Source: Limisphaerales bacterium (GTDB lineage Bacteria; Verrucomicrobiota; Verrucomicrobiia; Limisphaerales; JAJOIW01). From it: a DNA stretch of 64,000 nt. The notes under the pieces are model-generated. The model made no database searches. It was not told the origin of the DNA and saw nothing but the letters and a program-made list of their open reading frames with translations. Both the position numbers and the translations under genes were made by a program. Location: assembly GCA_965657355.1 (NCBI GenBank), contig CBFHOE010000005.1:32001-96000 (forward strand). Direction: 5' to 3'. This document shows positions 19,008 through 29,100 of the stretch, piece after piece; within the stretch, counting starts at the first letter, position 1; every line of letters starts with the position of its first letter.

Positions 19008-19607
19008 TCATGGTTTTCCCGGACTCTCAATCTCAGATTCCTGACCTAAAAGTTGTTCTAATTTTTTTGTTTTAGCCAGGGAACGAGGTGATCGACCCGA
19101 GGCATTTTTAAGATCGGCATTCGCCCCATTTTTTACCAGAAAGGTAATCGCCTCCGGTTGTTCACTTAATACGGCGAACATTAAAGGCGACTCTCCGTTC
19201 ACGTCCACGGCATCAATGTCTGCGCCTGACTTTAGTAACAACTCCATCATTGGATTACTTCCAGCACCAGCAGCAATGTGAAGTAAAGTTGATTGATCCC
19301 CACTCTTCACTTTGAGGTCAGCTCCTTTTTCGTAAAGATATTCCAGAACTTTTAGCTGTTCACTCGATGCGGCGTGGAAGACCAAAGCCATCCCAAAACC
19401 ATCCTTTGAATCCACACTTACCCCCTCTTCTTCGATAAACTTAGTTAGCTTTTCAATGTCTCCTTCATAAGCTGCATCAAATACAGTGTAGGGTTGGTTT
19501 TTGCAACCTTGTATCAATGTTGCAGTGAGAATAAATGCGACAAATAAATTGTATTTCCAATCAACACTAAGAGATCTCTTTTTTTGCTCAAAATTCATAA
19601 TGGCCAT
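19008..19607 (-). CDS. Ankyrin-repeat protein, probable lipoprotein
   Basis: Ankyrin motifs TLLHIAAGAG, GADIDAVDVNGESPLMFAV and GANADLKN; lipobox-like IQGC. Start is probably 19607 or 19598 rather than 19742. Confidence 0.8.
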   Translation of the reverse strand: MAIMNFEQKKRSLSVDWKYNLFVAFILTATLIQGCKNQPYTVFDAAYEGDIEKLTKFIEEEGVSVDSKDGFGMALVFHAASSEQLKVLEYLYEKGADLKVKSGDQSTLLHIAAGAGSNPMMELLLKSGADIDAVDVNGESPLMFAVLSEQPEAITFLVKNGANADLKNASGRSPRSLAKTKKLEQLLGQESEIESPGKP

Positions 19608-19728
19608 AGTGCACTTCCATACCTTATTGGCAACTTGAAAGTAGATAATCAGAGTTACCAAGTAAGTCGAATAAACCGCACACAAAGTGCCAGTTTGAGA
19701 TTGATGCGCATATTGCTGCATAAGTTGT

Positions 19729-19756
19729 TTGACATGATGCAAAAACTATATAACAT
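19729..19756 (+). promoter_or_regulatory. Sigma70-like promoter for ppdK
   Basis: TTGACA-N16-TAACAT, about 55 bp upstream of ATG 19811. Confidence 0.5.
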
Positions 19757-19810
19757 TTGACGCTAAATTTTGTACCAACATCCCCTGTTGGACTCAGAAC
19801 AAGACACTAT

Positions 19811-22800
19811 ATGGCAAAAGCACCCAAGTACGTTTATTCGTTTGGAAACAAAAAAGCAGACGGCAATGGAAAGATGAAAGCCCTCCTGGGAGGCAAAGGA
19901 GCAAACCTAGCGGAGATGACACGCATAGGGCTTCCAGTTCCTCCGGGATATACGATCTCTACCGAGGTCTGCACATACTACTACGACAAAAAAAAGACCT
20001 ATCCTAAAGAGCTTGATTCACAGATGAGACAAGCTGTTGGGAAGATGGAGAGAATCCTTGGCAAAAAGTTTGGAGATAAAAAAAATCCCCTGCTAGTTGC
20101 GGTAAGATCTGGCGCAAGAGAATCGATGCCAGGGATGATGGATACCATTCTCAATCTTGGTTTAAATGCGGAGACCGTTGATGCTCTCGCAGAGAAGAGC
20201 GGCAACGCTCGTTTTGCGTGGGATTGTTACAGAAGATTTATTCAGATGTATGGCGACGTCGTTTTGGGAGTTCAAAAGCGACCAGATGAAGACGAAGAGC
20301 CATTCGAGGTCGCCATTGAAGAGCTCAAAGAGGAGTATTTTCCTGGAGAAGATGATGTCGAAGACACACGCTTGGACGTTGATGCATTAAAAGAGCTTGT
20401 AAAGAGATTCAAGAAGCTTGTTAAAGAAAGAACAGGAAAGAATTTTCCAGATGACCCATGGAAGCAATTGAATGGAGCCGTTAGCGCGGTATTCGGTTCA
20501 TGGATGAATGATAGAGCCATGGTTTACCGACGCAAATATGGAATCCCAAGTGCTTGGGGAACTGCGGTAAACGTTCAGGCTATGGTATTCGGTAATACAG
20601 GAGCTGAATCTGGATCAGGTGTTGCCTTTACTCGAGACCCGGCAACTGGTGAAAAAGTCTTTTACGGAGAGTTCTTAATGAACGCTCAAGGCGAAGACGT
20701 GGTTGCTGGCGTTCGCACGCCAAATCCCGTTGCCGAGCTAAATGGCGTCATGCCCAAGGCTTACAAGGAGCTTGTTGATGTCTGTAAAATTCTTGAGGGG
20801 CATTTCCGTGAGATGCAAGACTTCGAGTTCACTATCGAAGACCGTAAGGTTTACATGCTTCAAACCCGGAATGGCAAGCGGACAGGACTAGCGGCTGTCA
20901 GGATCGCCTGCGAAATGGTGAAAGAAAGACTGATTTCCTGGGATGAAGCAGTTAAACGCGTGCCAGCCGATCAGTTAGACCAAGTTCTGGCGCCGATTTT
21001 TGATCGAAAAGCAGTCAAAGCGGCTCAAACAATCGCAACTGGACTCCCCGCTGGCCCTGGAGCAGCAACCGGTAAGATTTATTTCAATGCCGACCGGGCT
21101 GAATCCGCTCAAAAGAAAGGTGAGAGAGTTCTACTTGTGAGGGTTGAAACCAGCCCCGAGGATCTTCGTGGGATGATCGCCGCAGAGGGTATCTTAACCG
21201 CCCGTGGAGGTGTCAGCTCACACGCCGCCCTGGTTGCTCGTCAAATGGGTAAAGTTTGTGTTTGTGGTGCAGCAAGTCTGCAAGTCAACTACGACAAACG
21301 CCAACTTTCTGTCGCAGGTCATACTTTCAGTGAAGGCGACTGGCTGTCCATTGATGGAACATCAGGCAAAGTTTACGCAGGCAAAATTCAAACAGCTGAT
21401 TCAGAAGTCATTCAGGTCTTAGTCGAGAAGTCGCTAAAACCTAAGAAAAGCGAAACCTATGGATACTTCGAGCAGTTGATGAAATGGTGTCAGCGAGCCA
21501 CCCGCATGGGAGTCAGGACTAATGCAGATTCCCCAGCGCAGGTTGCAAACGCTGTAGCCTTCGGGGCCAAAGGAATTGGACTCTGCAGAACAGAACATAT
21601 GTTCTTCGAGGGAGATCGCATTGATGCGGTCAGAGAAATGATCTTAGCCGAGTCTGAAGAAGACAGGAGAGCAGCACTCGCCAAAATTCTCCCCTACCAA
21701 AAACAGGATTTCGCTGGAATCTTTAAAGAGCTCAAAGGGCTACCAGCAACAATCAGACTTCTCGATCCTCCCCTCCATGAGTTTCTTCCTCATGAAAGCA
21801 GTATGATAATGGGCCTTGCGGCAACTCTCGATGTAAAGCCGGAATATATCAACAAACGTATTGAGGAATTACATGAATTTAATCCGATGCTAGGTCACAG
21901 GGGCTGCCGCTTGGGTAATGTCTACCCAGAAATTACAGAGATGCAGGCCCGCGCAATTTTTGAAGCAGCTGCTGAAGTTCAAAAGAAAAACAAGATCAAG
22001 GTAAAACCTGAAATAATGGTTCCTCTTGTGGGATTCTCGAAAGAACTGGAACTTCAAGTTGATGTTATTCATCGTGTCGCGAAAGAAGTAGCCAAAGAAA
22101 AGAAGACAAAGTTCAGCTATCTAGTTGGAACAATGATTGAAGTGCCTCGGGCAGCGCTTGTCGCCAATGAAATTGCCGAGACAGCACAATTCTTCAGCTT
22201 TGGAACCAACGACCTGACACAAACAACCCTCGGCATGAGTCGTGACGACTCAGGTAGTTTCCTTCCTTATTATCAGGAGGCAGAAATTATCCCCAAAAAC
22301 CCATTCGCGTCTGTCGACCAAGATGGCGTTGGGGAACTGATGAAAGTCGGGGTAGATAATGGACGTAAGACACGTCCTGATATCAAACTGGGAATTTGTG
22401 GTGAGCATGGTGGAGACCCATCCAGTGTGCATTTCTGCCACAATATTGGATTGGATTACGTAAGTTGTTCTCCATTCCGAGTACCAATTGCTCGTTTGGC
22501 AGCTGCTCAGGCAGCGCTTGCGAGCGAATCAAACCCAGAAAATACTTCTAGTAGCGCTATGAAGAAATCAACGAAAAAGAAAACAGCAGCTAAAAAGGCA
22601 GCTAAGAAAAAGGTAACGGCAAAAAAAGCCGTGGCTAAGAAGGTTGCCAAAAAGGCAGCTAAAAAAGTGGTAAAAAAAGCAGCAGCTAAAAAGGTCACCA
22701 AAAAGAAAGTGGCTAAAAAGGCAGCAGCTAAAAAGGTAGCTAAGAAAGCAGCTAAAAAAGCAGCTAAAAAAGTTACCAAAAAGAAAACTGCTAAAAAGGC

Positions 22801-22951
22801 AGCAGTCAAAAAGGTAGCTAAGAAAGCAGCTAAAAAAGTCGCCAAAAAGAAAACTGCTAAAAAGGCAGCAATCAAAAAGGTAGCTAAGAAAGCAGCTAAA
22901 AAAGTCGCCAAAAAGAAAACTGCCAAAAAGGCAGCCAAAAGAAGAAGATAG
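19811..22951 (+). CDS. ppdK: Pyruvate, phosphate dikinase with an in-frame C-terminal Lys/Ala-rich histone-H1-like extension
   Basis: Motifs [34 protein letters not shown] (phospho-His), [18 protein letters not shown] and GICGEHGG. Likely start ATG 19811 ([12 protein letters not shown]). The last 130 aa are K/A/V/T repeats. Confidence 0.95.
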   Translation: MAKAPKYVYSFGNKKADGNGKMKALLGGKGANLAEMTRIGLPVPPGYTISTEVCTYYYDKKKTYPKELDSQMRQAVGKMERILGKKFGDKKNPLLVAVRSGARESMPGMMDTILNLGLNAETVDALAEKSGNARFAWDCYRRFIQMYGDVVLGVQKRPDEDEEPFEVAIEELKEEYFPGEDDVEDTRLDVDALKELVKRFKKLVKERTGKNFPDDPWKQLNGAVSAVFGSWMNDRAMVYRRKYGIPSAWGTAVNVQAMVFGNTGAESGSGVAFTRDPATGEKVFYGEFLMNAQGEDVVAGVRTPNPVAELNGVMPKAYKELVDVCKILEGHFREMQDFEFTIEDRKVYMLQTRNGKRTGLAAVRIACEMVKERLISWDEAVKRVPADQLDQVLAPIFDRKAVKAAQTIATGLPAGPGAATGKIYFNADRAESAQKKGERVLLVRVETSPEDLRGMIAAEGILTARGGVSSHAALVARQMGKVCVCGAASLQVNYDKRQLSVAGHTFSEGDWLSIDGTSGKVYAGKIQTADSEVIQVLVEKSLKPKKSETYGYFEQLMKWCQRATRMGVRTNADSPAQVANAVAFGAKGIGLCRTEHMFFEGDRIDAVREMILAESEEDRRAALAKILPYQKQDFAGIFKELKGLPATIRLLDPPLHEFLPHESSMIMGLAATLDVKPEYINKRIEELHEFNPMLGHRGCRLGNVYPEITEMQARAIFEAAAEVQKKNKIKVKPEIMVPLVGFSKELELQVDVIHRVAKEVAKEKKTKFSYLVGTMIEVPRAALVANEIAETAQFFSFGTNDLTQTTLGMSRDDSGSFLPYYQEAEIIPKNPFASVDQDGVGELMKVGVDNGRKTRPDIKLGICGEHGGDPSSVHFCHNIGLDYVSCSPFRVPIARLAAAQAALASESNPENTSSSAMKKSTKKKTAAKKAAKKKVTAKKAVAKKVAKKAAKKVVKKAAAKKVTKKKVAKKAAAKKVAKKAAKKAAKKVTKKKTAKKAAVKKVAKKAAKKVAKKKTAKKAAIKKVAKKAAKKVAKKKTAKKAAKRRR
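22778..22936 (+). repeat. 66-bp tandem repeat (2 full copies and 1 partial) encoding KKKTAKKAA(V/I)[12 protein letters not shown]
   Basis: Units start at 22778, 22844 and 22910, within the broader low-complexity tract 22559-22948. Confidence 0.9.
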
Positions 22952-22997
22952 ACAATTCCTGGAACTCGGGAGTTTTCCCGAATTCTGATAGGAATAC

Positions 22998-23035
22998 AAA
23001 AAAGAGCCCTGTTTTTAGACAGGCTCTTTTTTTTT
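22998..23035 (+). terminator. Rho-independent terminator after ppdK
   Basis: AAAAAAGAGCCCTGT-TTTTAG-ACAGGCTCTTTTTTTTT. Confidence 0.8.
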
Positions 23036-23175
23036 CTTCCTTAATCCGCTCTGATTGGCCAAAAAAGGCGGAGCTTATCGATGACACCAAGCATTCAGGT
23101 TACCGTTTCAATATAGATACTTTTGTGTTACATTCTGGTATCCAGGTAGAGCGTTAGCATTTTAAAGAGAAGCAT

Positions 23176-26100
23176 ATGTTGAAAAAGTTTATTTTTGGGG
23201 TGACCGTTTACTCCATACTTTTAGGGTCGGCCGGTATCGTGTTTGGGCAAAGTTCAGGGCTCGGATTGTTGAGAGAAGTCTTCAATGGGACAGCTGGCCA
23301 AACGCTTCCAGGCCTTACAAGTAATCCAAAATATCCAGACAACCCTGATATTCAGGAGCTATGGACCAAAGGGTTTAAAATGCCAGTGGATATAGCAGAT
23401 AACTACGGCCAAAGAGTGAGAGGTTATGTAAAGCCACCTGTTACAGGAAATTATACCTTTTGGATATCAGGTGATGACCAATGCGCGCTATACCTAAGTC
23501 AGGATGACGATCCGGGTAAAGCTGAACAAATAGCAAGTGTCCCGGGCTGGACCTCAGTGGAACAATGGGATAAATATCCGGATCAAAAGTCGGAAGTTAT
23601 CCGTCTTGAGAAGGGAAATAGGTATTACATCGAGGCCCTGATGATTGAAAATGGTGGGGGGGACAGTCTCACAGTACGCTGGCAAAAACCTGGTAATGCA
23701 TTTGAATCTCCCATACCAAATACCAGTCTTGAACCCTTTGTTCCGGCACCTCCATCAATCACATCGCATCCCAAAAATCTTTCCGTCACAGAAGGCTCTC
23801 CAGCAGTATTTAAAATTGAGGGCACCCGATTGGGATTTGCATCGATAGCGTGGTATGTAGACGAAAATATCGTTCAAGGAGCAACGGGTCCAGAATTGAC
23901 CATTCCGGAAACAGCCTTAAGCCTTAATGGTAAAGATGTATTCGTTGAACTTTCATTGCCGGGTGGAGAGAAGATTAAAAGCGAAAGAGCGAAACTCACT
24001 GTTTTCCCAGATAATACCCCTCCAGAAATTTCATTAGTCTCCACCCAGGGAAGCTTGGAATCGCTTTCTCTCACATTTACAGAGCCAATTTCAGAAGCGA
24101 CTGCGACAAACACAGGAAACTATTCAGTTGATCAGGGTATACAAGTTCTTGCTGCCAAATTACTCGAAAATCGAAAAACAGTCGCATTAAGTTTAAGTCC
24201 GATGGACCCGGGTGTTACTTACACCATCAGCGTGAAGGGGATTTCTGACGTAAGTGCCAACGGTAATGTGATGATCGGATCAAAGCACATTATTGGATTT
24301 GATTTTGAAGCCTTAGAGAGATCAAATATCATTGGTAAACCAGAATCCATTGGCCCATCATCTCGAATTTCCGGGTTAATTATATCTGAATTTCTCTACA
24401 GTTCCCCAGAGCGCGAGGATGGAAAATCTTTGGAATTTGTTGAAATATTCAATACAGAGCCATGGGGTCTTGACCTGGACGGATACCGAATCAGTGGCGA
24501 AATCGATTTTTTATTCCCAAGCGGCTCAACAATTGGAGGAAGAAGCTACCTCGTTGTCGCTAAAGATCCAGCTGCAATTGAATCAGTTTATGGGATCAAA
24601 AATGTTTACGGACCATGGCAAGGCTCGCTGGGCGATGGGGGAGGAAGACTCAGATTAAGAAACACAATAGACGGTCTCGTTCAGGACATTCAATATTCAG
24701 ATAATTTCCCGTGGCCAACCGCAGCAGACGGCACTGGACATTCTCTAGCTATGGCGCGGCCCAGCTTCGGTGAGAATGATGCACGTGCTTGGAGAATCAG
24801 TCAGGAAATTTGGGGAAGACCAGGTAAGGCTGAAAATTTTGAAACGAGAGAAGATGATAACATAGTCATTAATGAGGTATTAATTAATTCAAAGGACCCC
24901 GAGCCTGATTTTATTGAGTTATATAATTATTCAAATAGTTCTGTTGATTTGTCTGGATACATCATCACGGACAATCCTGGATCAAATAAATACGTTATTC
25001 CAGATGGGATGCGAATTGGACCCAAAGGATTTTTATCTTTTGATGAGTCTGAGCTTGGCTTTGCAGTGAACTCCAGGGGTGAAGCAATATACTTTATAAG
25101 CCCTGACAGGGTTAGAGTCATTGATGCCTTTAGGTTTAGAGGTCAGCCTCAAAGTGTGAGTTATGGGAGGTTTCCGGATGGTTCGGACTACTGGACACAA
25201 CTATCCCAGCTATCAAACGGGTCCCCTAATACCGGACCAAGAGTTGGGACAATCGTTATAAATGAAATCATGTATAACCCCATCTCAAGGCGCAATCAGG
25301 ATGAATACCTCGAACTTCACAACCGAAGTGGAGAGCCAGTAGATATATCAAATTGGCGGATTCGAGGAGACATTAGTTTCACCTTTCCTTCGAACACGAC
25401 AATAGAAGGAAATAGCTTTGTGGTTATCGCGGAAAATAGAGATTACCTCATTCAAAAATATGCTGCGCTTTCTCAACAAAACACCTTCGGGAACTTTAAT
25501 AGGACCTTGTCGAATAGCTCAGGATCCCTTCGTTTATTAAAGCCAGCACCCAAATTTATAAGTGGCCCAGATGGCCAACAGATCGAACAAACTATTTACG
25601 TCATAGAGGATGAGGTTACTTTTCAAGAGGATGGTGAATGGCCGACTGATCCTGATGGCCGCGGAAGTAGCCTTGAGCTCGTAAACCCTGGTGTCGATAA
25701 TGCCGTTGGTGCTAACTGGGCCGCCAGCAAAGAATCTGATAAATCAGAATGGAAGGAATATTCGTGGACTGGGCGACTCGATAATGGAGCTCTGCCCGGA
25801 GGCAGCCCAAGGCATGAAATCCAAATCATGTTATTAGGCGCAGGTGAGTGCTTAATTGATGACGTCAAAGTTTCCCAAAACAGCGAAGTAAACCTGGTCA
25901 CAAATCCTAGTTTTGAAAGACAGACTGCATCCTGGGTGATTCAGGGCAATCACGTAAAATCTACGGCAAGTGAAAGAGGGCAAGCTAGCAGCGGCAACTA
26001 TTCGCTTCATCTGAGAGCTTCAAGTGGCGGTGACAATGGCGCAAACAGAATTGAAACCGATCTGACCCGGAACTTAACTATTAATCAAGAGGCAACTATC

Positions 26101-29100
26101 TCAGCAAAAGTAAAATGGCTACGAGGTAGCGAAAACCTTCTCTTAAGACTTTTAGGAAACTACGGGGAACTTTCTGCAAAGTTGGAGTTGCCAAAAGAAT
26201 TGGGATCCCCTGGGCAAGTCAATAGCACGAGAGCCGAAAACACCCCGCCTTCAATCACACATGTTTCGCACTCGCCTATTCTCCCCCGCTCCAACCAGAA
26301 TGTGACGATACAAGCTCAGGTAAAAGACAGTGACCAGATTAGTCGATTAGTGGTCAATTACAGAGTCTTTCCTGCAAAAACTTACAAATCTGTTTCCATG
26401 GATTACCGTGGTGCCGGCATATATACTGCAGAAATTCCACGACAAGCCAATGGAAGAAGGGTGGGTTTTCACATTGAGGCTATTGATGGGCATGCCTCTG
26501 AACTTTCCTCTCATTTTCCAGGTCCAGGGTTGGAAGACAATGGAATCATCAGGTTTGGATCGACTAATCAAGGAGGATCTTTTGGGAATTACCACATATG
26601 GATTGGGGAGGAAAATCTAACCACGTGGAAATCGAGGGCAAAATTGAGCAATGAGTTACTTCCAGTAACATTCGTTTATGGAAATGAAAGGGTGGTTTAT
26701 TCAGCCTTGGGAAGATATCGCGGGAGTCCTTTTATCCGTCCAGGTTATTCGAACCCAGATAATGGATCTGCTATGGGAATGATATACAGGTTTCCATCGA
26801 GCAACTCTTTTTTGGGATCTGACAAGATTAACTTGGACGGTCTGGAACCGGGAAGAGACGATACGAGCCAAAGAGAGAAGACTTCATTTTGGATTGGTGA
26901 GCAACTCGGCGTCTCATATTCCTATCAAAGATATATAAGACTTTTCGTCAACGGAACCAGGAAGAGTGACATATACACAGATTCAATGCAGCCTGACTCG
27001 GATTACATAGAGCGTTGGTATCCAAATGAAACTGATGGTGATTTGTATAAAATAGATGACTGGTTTGAATTTAATGATGGCTCGAACCCAGGAAGAGGTC
27101 TCAATAGAAATGCACGCCTGACTCCTTACACAACTTCCGGAGGTGCCTTGAAAAAAACGGCTTATAGATGGATGTGGGAAAAAAAGCCAAATGGAGGATA
27201 TAATGATGATTACGCTTCTCTTCTAGAACTTGTAAGGACAATGAACACTGTAGGCCCTGCGTATACTACTGCTGTAGAGCAATCAGTTGACGTCGATCAA
27301 TGGATGAGGGTTTTTGCGACAAGACACATTGTAGGAGATTGGGATGGTTACGGATACAACAGAGGTAAAAACCAATCGGCATACAAACCAGAAGGAGGAA
27401 AATGGAAAATGCTACTCTGGGATTTAGACTTTTCACTGGGAGGTGGAAGCGATAACCCTGTGACGAGCATGTTTAATGTCAATGACCCAACCATAGGAAC
27501 CTTCTATAGGCATCCTCCTTTTGAACGAGCTTATCTCAGGGCATGGCAAGATGCCGTGGATGGCCCCTTAAACCCATCAAATGTTAGGGCACAAACTCAA
27601 AAAGTATACAATGGCTTAAGAGCAAATGGGGTTCAGGTTGCTTCACCTGGAAACATGCAAAGCTGGATAAATCAAAGAAGGAACTATTTGATATCACAAC
27701 TTAATCCATTCAAAACAGACCTCTCGGTAACGACAAACTCGGGAAAAGATTTCAACTCGGATGACAACATAATTGAACTTCGTGGTCGTGCCCCGGTCAA
27801 GATCAAAGACCTCTTATTCAATGGCATACCATTAAATGTAGAGTGGATTAATGAGACAGCGTGGAAAACTATGATTCCCTTGCGCCCGGGTCAAAACCAA
27901 ATTGCAATCACAGGACGAGATTCCTATGGCAATTTAATTGAGGATCAAGCGGACCTGATTCGGATAGATTATGCGGGCACACCGGTAAACCCTGCGGACT
28001 TTTTAGTAATTAATGAAATCAACTACAATTCAGGAGGAAACGGACTTTCGTTCATTGAACTGTTTAACAACTCACCAGATCATACATTTGATTTAGGCGG
28101 AATGCGACTAAATGGCATTGGTTACACATTTGATCCAGGCTCGATAATTGCACCTGAGGGATTTGTTGTTCTCGCTTCCGATCCAGCATCCCTATCCACT
28201 GAATTAGATGCCGGAGTCATTATCTTTGATGAATTCCGAGGAGGATTGGATAACGATGGGGAGACCATAACTTTAATAGCTCCTGGTAGAAATAATGGGC
28301 AAGATGAAATTATTGACCAAGTAAGATATGATGAGGTCTTCCCATGGCCAACGGAAGCTAATGGCCAAGGACCCTCATTACAATTAAAGAATCCAGATCT
28401 GGACAACCGTCGACCAGATAACTGGTTTTCCTCAAAAGGACCAAGTACGCCTGATAAAACGGAAACAGTTATGAGGTATAGCCATAATTGGAAATTCAAC
28501 CAATCCGGAAACAACCTTGGCACATCGTGGAAAGAAACGGGTTTTAACGACTCTAGATGGCAAAATGGGCCAGGGCTCCTTTACGTAGAAAACTCTGGTC
28601 TGCCAGAACCGAAAAGAACGCCGCTAACGCGCGGTCCGATAACCTTTTATTTCAGAACCACAGTGGATATTGCAGACCCGTCAGGTTCCAATTTTGTCTT
28701 CAATACAATACTCGACGATGGAGCGATCATCTATATAAACGGAAAAGAGATCTCTCGCATAGGAATGCCTAGAGGAAATATTTCAGCTTCAACTACGGCA
28801 TCGCGTACAATTGGCAATGCGAGCGTCGAAGGCCCTTTCTCCATTCCATCTTCAACCTTTAAACAAGGAACTAATGTTATTGCCGTCGAAGTTCACCAAA
28901 CCAATGCCAACAGCTCCGATATTGTTTGGGGAATGGAAATTCAAAACAGGATACCCGGTACACGCCCCTATTCTCCAGGCAAACCCAATTTTGGGGCCCC
29001 TGCTGCCAATGAGTTGCCAGATATCTGGCTTAATGAACTTTATCTAGGAATTGATGAAGATTCATGGCTTGAGATATATAATTCTGGAGATTCAAACCAA

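Noticed and set aside
22559..22948. Tandem repeats considered as a possible CRISPR array
   Set aside because: There are no unique spacers, the unit length is a multiple of 3, the repeats are in-frame coding sequence, and no cas genes are present.
19008..22951. Metabolic link between ppdK (pyruvate supply) and PhnW
   Set aside because: ppdK is a divergent housekeeping gene with its own promoter about 17 kb from phnW, and nothing in the sequence supports coupling.
22507..22999. Hydrophobic or Cys/Phe-rich minus-strand ORFs (AAFLATFL..., FSCFLSYL...)
   Set aside because: They are the reverse complement of the Lys/Ala tail of ppdK, not real membrane proteins.
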